DNA of 64,000 bases from an uncultured delta proteobacterium (GTDB lineage: Bacteria > Desulfobacterota > WTBG01 > CAIYCZ01 > CAIRTM01): NCBI GenBank assembly GCA_963804955.1, contig CAWDSQ010000013.1, positions 1 through 64,000 of the forward strand, read 5' to 3'. The notes beneath the pieces were generated by a model. It was given only the letters and a program-made list of their open reading frames with translations. It ran no database searches and had not been told where the DNA came from. Position numbers and translations under genes: made by a program. Below, one piece after another: positions 19,589 to 30,318 of the stretch; the stretch's first letter is position 1, and every line of letters begins with the position of its first letter.

Positions 19589-20053
19589 TCACTTGTGGTA
19601 CTTTTTTCCGGCGATAATGGTAAAGGCCCGGTAGAGCTGCTCGAGCAGCATGACGCGAAAAAGCTCATGCGGGAATGTGAGGTGTGAAAAAGAAACTTTC
19701 AGGTTTGCTTTCCCAAGCACTTCCTCTGTCAGCCCATGACTGCCGCCGATGACAAAGCAGATTTTAGCGCCTCTGTCCTGCAAAGTTCGCAGTTCCGCGG
19801 CAAGCTCTTCAGACGAGCACGGCTTGCCGCGGCGGTCGCAGGCGATGAGAACATCACCGGGCCTGCACCTGGCAAGCAGCCTGGCGCTTTCTTTGGCTGC
19901 CGCAGCCTGTGCTCCCAGCGAGTGCTCATCTTCAGGTGAGACAAGCTCGCAGGCAATGTCTGCGGCATGGCTGAGCCGCTTCATATAATCCTTCTCGGCA
20001 TCGGCAACCCAGCCTGATGCTTTTCGACCGACGGCAAGAATTCGGATTTTCAT
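19589..20053 (-). CDS. rlmH: 23S rRNA (pseudouridine-1915-N3)-methyltransferase
   Basis: MKIRILAVG, FVIGGSHGL, TFPHELFRVMLLEQLYRA, YHK end. Confidence 0.96.
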   Translation of the reverse strand: MKIRILAVGRKASGWVADAEKDYMKRLSHAADIACELVSPEDEHSLGAQAAAAKESARLLARCRPGDVLIACDRRGKPCSSEELAAELRTLQDRGAKICFVIGGSHGLTEEVLGKANLKVSFSHLTFPHELFRVMLLEQLYRAFTIIAGKKYHK

Positions 20054-20059
20054 GCAGGC

Positions 20060-20251
20060 TTATTTTCTAAAAACATTAAACAGCCGTGTCAAAATAATAC
20101 TGATGACGATGCAGGTCACTATCGGAACATATATCTTGAAATGCTCGCCCTCAAACCGGATATCCCCGGGCAGGCGAAACAGCGGCAGCACAGAGGAAAG
20201 CAGCCCCAGCACGATAAAAACAACGCCTGCGGCAATGAGAAACCTACCCAT
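20060..20251 (-). CDS. DUF2905 family small membrane protein
   Basis: RLPGDI..YVPIVTCIVISIIL motif. Confidence 0.85.
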   Translation of the reverse strand: MGRFLIAAGVVFIVLGLLSSVLPLFRLPGDIRFEGEHFKIYVPIVTCIVISIILTRLFNVFRK

Positions 20252-22262
20252 GACAGGGGCCGCCATCAACAATTTCCAGCACCAGGCTTCCGTCAAAGGG
20301 ATCGACGCTCTTCAGCCTGACAGATGCCGCCGTGCCGGGCCTCAGCATGCCTGTGTCTTTCTCCTTAATGCGCACGTCCAGCATAAAATCGGGGAGTAGA
20401 AGTTCGTAGAGCCCATGGCCCCGTTCAAGCACCAGGGCAGTCATGATCTCGCCCTCACGGTTTTTCATGGCTTTGAGCACCCAGTAACGCCGGCGCTCAT
20501 ACTCAACCCGGCCCAGGCGCGTCAGCACCGGCTGAATTCCAAAGGCAATGTCGCTCAGCTCTCGACGGGTATAAGCCAGGGGCCCGGCGTGCAGCATGCT
20601 CACCAGCTGACGCTGCATGACAAGATCTAAATATTTGCGCAGCGGGGAGGTGATAGACGTATAGCAGGCAAGGCCAAGGCTGCTGTGCGGTCCCGCTGAT
20701 GTTTTTATCTCGACCCTGCTCATGGCGCGGCGCTGCAGGAACATATCAAAAAGCGACGGAGTGTCTTTCCCTATGAACCGCTGCGAAGGCTCAGCCTGAC
20801 GTCTGAACAGGCCTGGCTGCCGCTGTTCTGAAAAAAAAAGCGCGGCGCAGTAATTAGCCAGTATCATGAACTCCGACACAAGCATCTGGCTGGGTGTTTC
20901 ACGGTCACGCAGCATCATGCTGATATCATGGCTGCGGTCTACACGAACCTGCATCTCCGGCAGCAGAAACAACACAGCGCCGGCATTGAAGCGCCTGGCA
21001 CGCAGAGCAGCGGCAAAGCGGTGCAGCCTGGCCATATCCAACCCCTGTTCAATAGCTCCGTCTACATCGCTATAGGTCAGACGTTCGGCTATGCGAACGA
21101 CGCTGCGCACGATACGATAGTCCCGGAGTTCGCCCTCCGGGCTGACCCGCACTATGAAGCTCACCGCCGGATTGCGCTCACCGACCCTGAAGCTCGCGAT
21201 ATTCTCGGACAGTGCAGGCGGCAGCATGGGAATTTTAGCCTCGGGCAAATACAGTGAAGCGCCCCGTCGCGCAGCTTCGATGTCAAGGGGCGTTCCCGAC
21301 TCAACAAAAGCGGCAACATCGGTTATATGAATGCCAAGTTCCAGCAAAGAACCGTCAAAGCGGAAACTTATGGCGTCGTCCACATCCCGGGTGAAGGCAT
21401 CATCAATGGAGCACACGTACAGCTGCGTCAGATCCTGACGCCCGGGATCGTTAACAGCGCTGCAAATAGCCCCTGCGCCCAAAGACTCTACCTGCCGGAG
21501 CACTTCAGCTGGCCACTGATGCGGTATGCCGTATCGCCGCAGAAGTATATTTTCATCAGGGTCAAAAACGCCAAGCTGCACCAGTACAGCACAGCACTGA
21601 CGCTGGTCAAAAATACCCGCAGCCTGTACTATTTCCTTGACCTGACTCCAGGTTGGCGACTCCCGGCCAAGGGCTGCATAGTCTTTGAGAATTTCAATGC
21701 AGGCAGCGCTGTCTTCAAAAATAAATTCCCGGCCCGCAAGCGAGGCTTGCAGCCAGGCCCTTGACTGCCTGATGAAACTTTGCCGCGCAACCTCACGGGC
21801 TTTTTTCTGCTGCTGAGCCAGGACCTGTTCGGGAGTATGGGCCAAAAACAAGCGGCCATGAAGCTTGAAAAAGATATGATCTTCAACCAGCGCAGCAAGA
21901 ACGGCAGCCTCATGGGCTGAGGTTGCTGTTTCACCGAAAGCGGCACGGGTAAGATCAGGGATCTCGAAAAAAGCGCCCGGGACTCCAACTGTTTTCCACA
22001 GCCTGCAGGGATCGACCTGCGGGGTAAACTCTTCCTGCTCGGCCATATTATTTTTTAGCTTCTGCAAAAGGCTTTCCAGAGGCACAGAGGTATCGAACAT
22101 TTCATGTGATGCATGAACAATGCGCACCGCTGAAAGAAAAAGCTCGCTGCCGTCAGTACGGAGAAGGCGCAGGCGCTCTCCATCCTGGCCGATGCAAATC
22201 GCAGCCACAAGCATGCGGTGGTCAAAAAATCTGATTATTTTTCCCGTATACATGTCTGCCAT
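20244..22262 (-). CDS. RNB-domain exoribonuclease (RNase II/R family)
   Basis: SIDDAFTRDVDDAIS, IHITDV, LVSEFMILAN, HSSLGL..YTSITSPLRKYLDL. Confidence 0.92.
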   Translation of the reverse strand: MADMYTGKIIRFFDHRMLVAAICIGQDGERLRLLRTDGSELFLSAVRIVHASHEMFDTSVPLESLLQKLKNNMAEQEEFTPQVDPCRLWKTVGVPGAFFEIPDLTRAAFGETATSAHEAAVLAALVEDHIFFKLHGRLFLAHTPEQVLAQQQKKAREVARQSFIRQSRAWLQASLAGREFIFEDSAACIEILKDYAALGRESPTWSQVKEIVQAAGIFDQRQCCAVLVQLGVFDPDENILLRRYGIPHQWPAEVLRQVESLGAGAICSAVNDPGRQDLTQLYVCSIDDAFTRDVDDAISFRFDGSLLELGIHITDVAAFVESGTPLDIEAARRGASLYLPEAKIPMLPPALSENIASFRVGERNPAVSFIVRVSPEGELRDYRIVRSVVRIAERLTYSDVDGAIEQGLDMARLHRFAAALRARRFNAGAVLFLLPEMQVRVDRSHDISMMLRDRETPSQMLVSEFMILANYCAALFFSEQRQPGLFRRQAEPSQRFIGKDTPSLFDMFLQRRAMSRVEIKTSAGPHSSLGLACYTSITSPLRKYLDLVMQRQLVSMLHAGPLAYTRRELSDIAFGIQPVLTRLGRVEYERRRYWVLKAMKNREGEIMTALVLERGHGLYELLLPDFMLDVRIKEKDTGMLRPGTAASVRLKSVDPFDGSLVLEIVDGGPCHG

Positions 22263-24233
22263 TTAAAATTCATAATAATCGGAGGTATCAACATGCCGGT
22301 AGCAGGTATCAGGCAATTCACGAAGAAAGCGCGACGGTTTCAGCACAGACATATACCCCGTACTCTCCTTCTGCCGGAGCGGGCTGCACAGATACAGACG
22401 GTCCTTACCGCGCGTAACGGCAACATAGAAAAGCCTGCGCTCCTCTTCTTCATCATCAAGGCTCGTAAAATTATTGGGATTGGGGAAACGGCCCTCAACC
22501 AGCCATATAAGAAATACCACTGACCACTCAAGCCCCTTGGCCTGATGAATCGTTGTCAGTTTGACTGTTTCAGCCGGCATGCCCCCCGATTGAATATCCT
22601 CGGTTTCAGTGCTGGTCATAAGCGCAAGCTCGCTTAAAAAATCAGACAGCGATTCGTACTGACAGGCAAAAGAGAGAAACTGCTCGATATCCTCGCTGCG
22701 GCTGTCTGCATCAATATATTTGGTGCGCATATAATCCCGATAGCCGCTTTCAAGGGCTGTTTTTATAAGCGCAGCAGGAGACACACCGGCTCCGGTCTGA
22801 GAAAGCTCGGAGAGCATCTGCCTCAGGCCGCCCCAGTAGGGCCGCGCGCCTTTGGGCACTATGGCTTCCATCTTTGGATCGATGCAGGCTTCCAGCGGGT
22901 CAGCCGATGACGATCATGCGGCTGTACATCTTGTCCGAGGTTTTGGAGCCAATGCCTGGCAGCAACTGCAGAATGCGCTTCCAGGCCGCTTCGTCCGGGG
23001 GTTCACGAGCACCTTGAGATACGACACGATGTCCTTAATATGGGCCTGCTCGAAAAATCGCAGCCCTGAGCGCACTTCAAACGACACGCGCCTGCGGGTC
23101 AGCTCCATTTGAAGCTCCATGGAGTGGTAATGCGCGCGGTACAGCACGGCTATCTCGCCCGGCGGGGTACCGCTATAGATGAGCTCCTGTATTTTGCCTG
23201 CCACGAACTGCGCCTGCTCATACACATCGCCGGGCCGCAGGCATTGCGGCTCCGCACCTGTCTGGCGCATGGGCTGCAGAATCTTGCGGAACTGCCGGGC
23301 ATTGAGCAGAATGCTTTCATTTGCCAGACCCAGGATCTCGGGCGTTGAGCGGTAGTTATACTCGAGCTTGATGATACGGGCATCGGGATAGCGCTCGGGG
23401 AATGCCATGATGTTTTCGAAGTTGGCTCCGCGAAACGAGTAAATACTCTGGGAGTCGTCACCGACAACCATGAGATTTCGATGGCGTGATGCCAGTGCAT
23501 CTATGAGATCTGCCTGAAGCCTGTTGGTGTCCTGATACTCGTCAACCAGTATATGCTCAAACCGGTCGGCATAAAAATTTCTTAAATTTTCATTGCTCTC
23601 CATAAGCTCCAGCCACAGGCACAGAAGATCGTCAAAGTCGGCAAGGTTCTGCCGGCGCTTTCTTTCCGTGTAGCAGCTGTAGATTTTTTCGATCTCCCCG
23701 GCATACTCAAGAAAAAAAGGATAGCGTTCCTGGAGAACCTGCTCAATGTCGATGCGCGTATTGCGGGCAAGGCTCAAAATGTTAAAAAGAACCCCTCCCT
23801 GCGGGATGATACCGTCTTTTTTCTTGTGCCCCAGATCAAGCATGGTCGCATCAAGAATGCTGTAGGCATCGGACTGGTCAAGAATTGTATAATTCTGCGC
23901 AAGACCAACCCGCTCCCCATGCACCCGCAGTATACGGTTTGCAATATGATGGAAGGTTCCGCCCCATATGCGCGTGGCAGTGGAGGGTGCAAGCATATCC
24001 ACGCGGTGAAGCATTTCCCGCGCTGCCTTGTTGGTGAACGTCAGAAGCAGAATGCGGTGCGGATCGACGCCGGTTTCGATAAGATGGGCAACGCGGTAAG
24101 TAAGGGTCCGTGTCTTGCCCGAGCCAGCTCCTGCAATGACCAGCAGCGGCCCCCGCCCCGCCGTCACAACGGCATGCTGTTGGGGGTTGAGTTCACTCTC
24201 ATAATCGATTAAGCGCTGAAGCATAAGTATCAT
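22263..24233 (-). CDS. UvrD/PcrA-family ATP-dependent DNA helicase, split by two apparent indels (about 22995 and 22910)
   Basis: AGAGSGKT, TFTNKAAREM, VDEYQDTN, VGDDSQSIYSFRGA, NYRST; downstream ORF has TIHQAKGLEW, EEERRLFYVAVTR, PSRFL. Confidence 0.9.
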
Positions 24234-24246
24234 CCCTCGCAGATAC

Positions 24247-24276
24247 AAAAAAAGGGATTCAAAACTGAATCCCCCC
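24247..24276 (-). terminator. Possible terminator after lpxK
   Basis: GGGATTCA-aaac-TGAATCCC with A-run (T-run on the minus strand). Confidence 0.55.
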
Positions 24277-24304
24277 GCACCGGCAGACTAAAGCCTGCTT
24301 CAGT

Positions 24305-25399
24305 CTACCGAAGGCCTGCACACATGATAACCTCATCAAGAAATCGCTCTGGAGGTTCGATAACCTGCTCAATTTCCATTACAATCAGGTTGTCGAGTTG
24401 TAGCATACCGGCATCAAGCTTGGCAATATCTTTTTCCGTAGTAACAACGGTATCAACCCGGGCTGAAACATCACGTATGGCCGTATAATCATCGGTGACA
24501 TAGGCATGATGGTCGGGATAGACCAGCGTAGCTGAAACGTGCATGCCTGCCTGAGCGAGCATCTCGATAAAGCTTGCAGGGTCGCCGATGCTGCACAGGG
24601 CTCCAGCGCTTTTACCTGAAATCTCGTCTGCCTCGACCGGATGGCCGGATTGGAAATCGCGAAAACCTGCAACTTTGTATGATGCCGAAAAAAGTCTGGC
24701 ATCAGGATTAAGCCCTTGAATATGAGCAGCAATTGCAGCGGCGCTTCCAGTACCATCAGCCTTGGTGAGTACGATTATGCCGGCCCTCTCCAGGGCAGAA
24801 AGCGGCTCGCGGAGAGTTCCCCGGGGGAGCAGGCTTCCATTGCCGAAGGGGTCGGAAGTATTCACCAGCACGACATCGAGATCGCGCCGTAGCCGCATGT
24901 GCTGGAAGCCGTCGTCCAGCAGCACGGTGTCAGCGCCGAACATATCGCAGGCAAGTTTGCCTGCGGCAACCCTGTCGCGACAGGCAATCACGGGAATGCC
25001 GGTAAGCTTGGCTGCAAGCATTACGGACTCATCACCGGCCTCAGCACACGATGCAAGCACCTGTTTCCCATCGGAAACAATAAGCGGTTTTTTTGTTTTT
25101 GTCCCGCGGTAACCACGGGTGACGACTGCAACCTTAAAGCCCTTTTCATACAGGTTCTGGGCAAGCAGGCATACGGTCGGTGTCTTGCCCGTGCCGCCCA
25201 CGGTAATATTGCCAACGGCGATGACCCCGCAGGGTATGGCAAAGCTTTCAAACACACAGGCCTTGTACAGCCAGGCCCGCACACGCATAACTGTGCCATA
25301 CACGAAGGAACAGAGTGTCAGCGGCAGCAGAAAAAACTTTACCGCCATGCCTGGTGCTTTTAAATGAATCAGTTTTTCAATCGACGCGCGGATGTCCAT
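24305..25399 (-). CDS. lpxK: Tetraacyldisaccharide 4'-kinase
   Basis: VGNITVGGTGKTP, TRGY, GDE, LDDGFQH, LLPRGTLREP, PDHH, TTEKD. Confidence 0.96.
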   Translation of the reverse strand: MDIRASIEKLIHLKAPGMAVKFFLLPLTLCSFVYGTVMRVRAWLYKACVFESFAIPCGVIAVGNITVGGTGKTPTVCLLAQNLYEKGFKVAVVTRGYRGTKTKKPLIVSDGKQVLASCAEAGDESVMLAAKLTGIPVIACRDRVAAGKLACDMFGADTVLLDDGFQHMRLRRDLDVVLVNTSDPFGNGSLLPRGTLREPLSALERAGIIVLTKADGTGSAAAIAAHIQGLNPDARLFSASYKVAGFRDFQSGHPVEADEISGKSAGALCSIGDPASFIEMLAQAGMHVSATLVYPDHHAYVTDDYTAIRDVSARVDTVVTTEKDIAKLDAGMLQLDNLIVMEIEQVIEPPERFLDEVIMCAGLR

Positions 25400-25711
25400 A
25401 AAAAAACCGGTGAATATTTAATTTATTTTACACGGAACGGGAATCGACATGTGCACAGCAGCTATACTGTTCCGGATTATTCATTATGAGACACACTGTG
25501 CTATCCGCAGGTGCAGGCCTGTATCAGTTTGCTCAGTACGTGCCGCACATGGTTGTCAGGTTAGTTCTGCGCATTATTGGAGTACTCGTGAGGCGGGGGG
25601 CACAGTTTTGTTACAAAACAAAGCACCTATCGAACATGTGCACGTGCAAAATAAGACGCCCCACTGAGCTGAGGGAAAAAAACAGCTGTCATCACATGAT
25701 CAAACTGTCTG

Positions 25712-26698
25712 TCACTCAGGCAGACCGACTGATGCATCAAGATTCACAACCTCTTTTGCCGGAATAATTTTGCCATCGATATGACAGCACACCAGGTTTC
25801 TGCCTATCTTTTTAGCCTCATAGCAGGCGTCATCAGCAGCTTTCAAAAAAGCATCCTCATTGCAAAACTGTGCGGCGTCCTTCTGCGTCACAATGCCGAT
25901 ACTCGCGGTCACAGCCGTACCATCAAAATCAATCCCCTCACCGAATGCCTGAATCTGCATGCGCAGCCGTTCAGCCAAAATGACCGACTCTTCAAGATTC
26001 GCCTCCGGAACAATGATACAGAACTCATCACCGCCGTAGCGGACCGGTATATCTGTCGACCGGCATTGGTTTTCGATAATGCCTCCCACCATGCTGATCA
26101 GCATGGTGCCGGCCTGGTGCCCGAACGCATCATTGATAGCTTTGAGATTGTCAAGATCGATCATGACCAAAGATAACGAACGGTGATAACGCTTACTTCT
26201 GGCATACTCCGCATGGAGCCTTTCCCTGAAATGCCGGTAGTTAAAAAGGCTGGTCACATCATCAAGGTTCGTGAGAAGCTGCGAGCTCTTTAGATTCTGC
26301 TCCAGAAGGTCTATAACATTTTTCATGCTAAGGAGGTTTTTTACTTTCAAATACAACTCAATACGGACTTCTTTCTTAGCAAGTGGTTTACAGATAAAAT
26401 CCTGGGCACCTGCAGTAAGTGCCTGCTCAACGCTGCTGAAATCATTCCGTGAGCTCACAACGATGACCGGAATGTTTTTACTGGCTGCATTTTCCTTGAT
26501 CCGGCTAAGCACTTCATAACCGGATATTTCAGGCATCATAATATCGAGAATTATGAGATCTATTTTCCTGCTATGCACAATAGACAGGGCTTCTTGTCCG
26601 CTATTTGCCTCAAGAAAAACACACCGTGCCTGTTTGAGCGCTGCGCGGAAGGCTTTACGGGATACAGCATCATCATCTACAAGCAGAATTGTATTCAC
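25712..26698 (-). CDS. Response regulator / diguanylate cyclase (REC-GGDEF)
   Basis: ILLVDDD..LDIMMP REC domain; INDAFGH, RSTD I-site, YGGDEF active site. Confidence 0.93.
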   Translation of the reverse strand: MNTILLVDDDAVSRKAFRAALKQARCVFLEANSGQEALSIVHSRKIDLIILDIMMPEISGYEVLSRIKENAASKNIPVIVVSSRNDFSSVEQALTAGAQDFICKPLAKKEVRIELYLKVKNLLSMKNVIDLLEQNLKSSQLLTNLDDVTSLFNYRHFRERLHAEYARSKRYHRSLSLVMIDLDNLKAINDAFGHQAGTMLISMVGGIIENQCRSTDIPVRYGGDEFCIIVPEANLEESVILAERLRMQIQAFGEGIDFDGTAVTASIGIVTQKDAAQFCNEDAFLKAADDACYEAKKIGRNLVCCHIDGKIIPAKEVVNLDASVGLPE

Positions 26699-27424
26699 GT
26701 TCCTGTCATCCCCTGGCGCATTTCAGTGCACCTGTGCAATTGAATCGAATCTTACAAAACAGTACAAATTCTTGCGTGCGTTTTCTGAACATACCGGTTC
26801 AAAGTATTCGGAATAGTCGTGTTATGAAGGAAAAAGCCACTGCGGGTTCAATTGCCTCGCATGAAGCATACCTTCTGATCAGCTTTCAATGATTACTGTA
26901 TAAAATAATAATTAGATCATACCACTACTTGTCAATTCTGCAAATAAAATATCACACTAAAAGCATAAATCCCTGTATGTAAAAAACCGTAACAACGGCT
27001 AAAACATTCCTGGTAAGGGTACTACATATCGAAAAAAACACTGCAGAGGACAGATGACTTGTTTGATCGGCCAAGGTGCAGGACAGCTTTTGCAAAAATG
27101 ATGATGACTGCTCAGAATCATATCTCTTCGTCAGCCGCTATAAAATCCGTATGTAAACCGGCCCGATCCGTAACATCGCACGGGAGAATATCAAAAGTTT
27201 GCTACGGACATTCATTGATTCAATGTTTCTTGGCGGAAAGGACAGAGGTTGGCTGGGAATTTTTCACACAAGGGCATAAACGAGTTTGCGCTTTGAAATG
27301 CTCTAGTCAATTATTCAGGGAAGGAGAGAAAATCCGGAATCTAAACTTCCGGCATGACATGCCTGTATACAAAACAATGAGACTCTCAGAAGCTTTGCTG
27401 TGCACAGGCTGGCTCTTTACCATT

Positions 27425-27754
27425 TCATTCTGAGTTTTGAGAATTTGAAATTATTTTCTCTATTTCCTGAAAACCCTTGATAATTTCGGCATATGATTTA
27501 CTTTTGGTTGAACCATTCTGCTTCGTTTTCCCCGATTCATCATTTTCGGGCTGAAGGGCAGGCGGAGACTCCGTACTATCAATTTTCTCAATTTCTTTAA
27601 ATCCCTTGATGATTTCATCAAAGGATTTTGTTTTTGAGGAATCCGTCTGCTGCGGGTTCAAGGATTCATCATTTTCGGGCTTGGACACAGGAGCTATATC
27701 CTTATGGGGCTTTTTTCCCTCTTTATGACCATGTCTTTTTTTACTGTGTGACAT
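27425..27754 (-). CDS. Small hydrophilic hypothetical protein with two 43-aa-spaced repeats
   Basis: PENDES...KS(F/Y)xEIIKGFxEIEKI twice; GAAGGGG RBS-like sequence upstream. Confidence 0.65.
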   Translation of the reverse strand: MSHSKKRHGHKEGKKPHKDIAPVSKPENDESLNPQQTDSSKTKSFDEIIKGFKEIEKIDSTESPPALQPENDESGKTKQNGSTKSKSYAEIIKGFQEIEKIISNSQNSE

Positions 27755-28449
27755 AAAAACCCCTTCGACATCAAGTAACAGATATACCTTTACTTCTTCT
27801 TTCTATATACACCATAAACATAAAAAAACAACTACAAACAAAATACATCCGACGGCGCATCGGCAAGATCAAAAAAAATCCAGCTGCTGGCTGAAAAGGG
27901 CAAGGGTTCTGCTGTCACGATCAGGAGGAACGTCTACATACAGGTACACAGGAGACAGTATATCGTTTTTTATCCTTCCCTTCATGGCGCGGGGCCGGGC
28001 TAGCAGCTTTCCATACCTGGCCCGAATGTCGTGTAGCCGCTGCTCAACATCGAGGACTGCCCAGCGCTCAGGACGCACCGTTGCATACATATCGACAAGA
28101 AAAAAAGTCTGTCGCCCAGCAGTATTGTCTCAGAAGAAAAAACGGGGAGATACAGTTCCGGACGCGGTCACAGATGTAACGCGAACAGCGGGAGAGCCGC
28201 AAGTCTAGCCCTCAGCACATAATGCGCGTGAAGAACTCTGATTCATAGACCTCACCGTCGATTTTCATGAGGCTCCACGCGCGCATGGGACTTTCAGGGA
28301 AGAATGCTTCAGCTCACCCTGACGCAGACGGTGGCGTGCATGCGCTTTTTATGAAACAGCCGGTGGATATCATAAAGTTCATTGGCCATGGTAAGAAGCC
28401 TTAACAAAACAACCCGGCCTCATGCCACGGCTGGCGGGTGCAGCCGTGA

Positions 28450-30318
28450 TCATTCTGGACAGCCGCAGCCGCCGCTCTCATTTTCCCAGGCGTGATCAGT
28501 GAGCCCGTGGCTGCTCTGGCTGTCATTGGCAAGCAACTGCTCCTGAAGCCGTATCTGTTCGCGGGTCGTAAAAATATATTTTTTTTCATCATGGCGGTGC
28601 GGAGCAAGTTTATGCACGGCAGCCTCATCGTATTTAACGAAATTCTGGCCAGCCCGCGCTGCGCTGTAGCGCCTGAAACCGAGCTGTACCAGCGCATCAA
28701 CTCCCAGCCGCACAGAAGCATCCAGGCATTCGCGGTAGACATGTGCCACACCGATATCCAGCAACTCAAAGGTTTCGAAATTGTTGCGGGCGCGAACCAT
28801 AACGGTCAGATTGGGGAAATGTTTGTGTGCGGTTGCAGCAAGAGCGCAATTGGTTGACGGATCGTCAATGGCGATAATCAGTATGGATGCTTCTGCAGCG
28901 CCTGCCGAATGCAGCATGTCAAGGCGGGTCGCATCGCCGTAAAAAACACGAAAGCCCATTTTTCTCAGCAAATCAACCCTGTCGGAATTATTATCAAGTA
29001 TTGTCGCTTCGATGCCATTTGCCCGCAAAAATCTTCCCGCGGTGCTCCCGAACGTGCTGAAGCCGGCTATAATGACCTTGTTGTGCACATCAATGTTATC
29101 CCCGGGCCGTGCCTCCTTCTCCCGTGTGCCGAAACGGGGCAGAATCAGCCGCTCGTTTACAAGCATCAGCACGGGGGTCACTGTCATGCTCAGAGCAGTA
29201 ACAGCCATCATGGTGTCGAACCAGTGGCCGGATAGAATCTGCAGAGTGTTCATAAAGGCAAACAGCACAAAGGCAAACTCGCCGACTTGGGACAGGGAGG
29301 TGGAAAAAATGCAGTTCTGGTCGAAGCTCAAACGAAACAGACTGCCCGCCAGATACAGCACCAAGGCTTTGACGATAAGCAGCGCCGCCACCAAGGCGAT
29401 GATTCGGGGCGGGTCATCGGCAATGAGGCTAAAATTAATGGATGCGCCGACGGCAATAAAAAAAAGCCCGAGCAGCAGGCCCTTGAAGGGCTCAATATCG
29501 CTTTCCAGCTCATGCCTGAACTCGGAGTTGGCAAGCACAACTCCGGCCAGAAAAGCACCAAGAGCTGGGCTCAGGCCAACAGCATTCATAAGGAAAGCGA
29601 TGGCGAAAACTATAAGCAGCGAAGCGGCTACGCACAGCTCGCGGAGCCCGGTACCGGCAATTATGCGTAGAAACGGGGCAATCATAAAACGTCCTGCGGC
29701 AATGACTGCCAGAATCGCGCACATCACCGAGCTTGTCTGCAGCCAGCCCGGCAACCCGTCAAGCATGCCTGCATGCCCCCCCGGTGCACCGGCAACCGTC
29801 TGCATTGCCAAAAACGGCAGCAGCGCCAGTACCGGTATGACGGCAATATCCTGAAACAGCAGTACGGCAAAGGCGCTGCGGCCTGATTCAAAGCTGCTAA
29901 GACCTTTTTCCCGCAGCGTCTGCAGAACGATGGCCGTCGATGACAGGGACAGTGCAAGCCCCGAGGCAAGGGCCGCCTGCCAGCTAAACCCCAGCAGAAG
30001 CAGCCCGCCCCCGGCAAGCAGCGACGTTGCCCCCAGTTGCAGACTGCCCATGCCGAGAATGCGGCCGCGCATTTTCCAGAAGTGCGCAGGCTCTAGCTCA
30101 AGGCCGATAAGAAACAGCATCATGACCACGCCGAATTCGGCAAAGTGCATGATGTCTTGCCCCTCTCTGCCAATAAAGCCAAAAGCAAACGGGCCGATGA
30201 GTATGCCGGCAAGAAGGTACCCCAGCACGGAACCCATGCCAAGCCGTCGAGCAACCGGCACGCACACTACTGCCGCAGCCAGATATATAAGAGCCTGATA
30301 TAAAAAACCGTCAATCAT
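28450..30318 (-). CDS. CPA2 K+ efflux antiporter (KefB/KefC family) with TrkA-N domain
   Basis: HFAEFGVVMMLFLIGLEL, LLFQDIAV, RHELESDIEPFKGLLLGLFF, YGDATRLD. Confidence 0.93.
   Translation of the reverse strand: MIDGFLYQALIYLAAAVVCVPVARRLGMGSVLGYLLAGILIGPFAFGFIGREGQDIMHFAEFGVVMMLFLIGLELEPAHFWKMRGRILGMGSLQLGATSLLAGGGLLLLGFSWQAALASGLALSLSSTAIVLQTLREKGLSSFESGRSAFAVLLFQDIAVIPVLALLPFLAMQTVAGAPGGHAGMLDGLPGWLQTSSVMCAILAVIAAGRFMIAPFLRIIAGTGLRELCVAASLLIVFAIAFLMNAVGLSPALGAFLAGVVLANSEFRHELESDIEPFKGLLLGLFFIAVGASINFSLIADDPPRIIALVAALLIVKALVLYLAGSLFRLSFDQNCIFSTSLSQVGEFAFVLFAFMNTLQILSGHWFDTMMAVTALSMTVTPVLMLVNERLILPRFGTREKEARPGDNIDVHNKVIIAGFSTFGSTAGRFLRANGIEATILDNNSDRVDLLRKMGFRVFYGDATRLDMLHSAGAAEASILIIAIDDPSTNCALAATAHKHFPNLTVMVRARNNFETFELLDIGVAHVYRECLDASVRLGVDALVQLGFRRYSAARAGQNFVKYDEAAVHKLAPHRHDEKKYIFTTREQIRLQEQLLANDSQSSHGLTDHAWENESGGCGCPE

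Noticed and set aside
22895..22915. Selenocysteine or TGA readthrough in the helicase
   Set aside because: Homology resumes in a different frame, so this is an indel and not readthrough
26900..27433. ORF 27059..27433 or a small Cys-rich peptide
   Set aside because: TTG start without a convincing RBS, no motif, and it overlaps the end of the convergent gene
27869..28250. 73-aa ORF and possible upstream extension
   Set aside because: Stops in all upstream frames and no recognisable motif; cannot be supported as a gene
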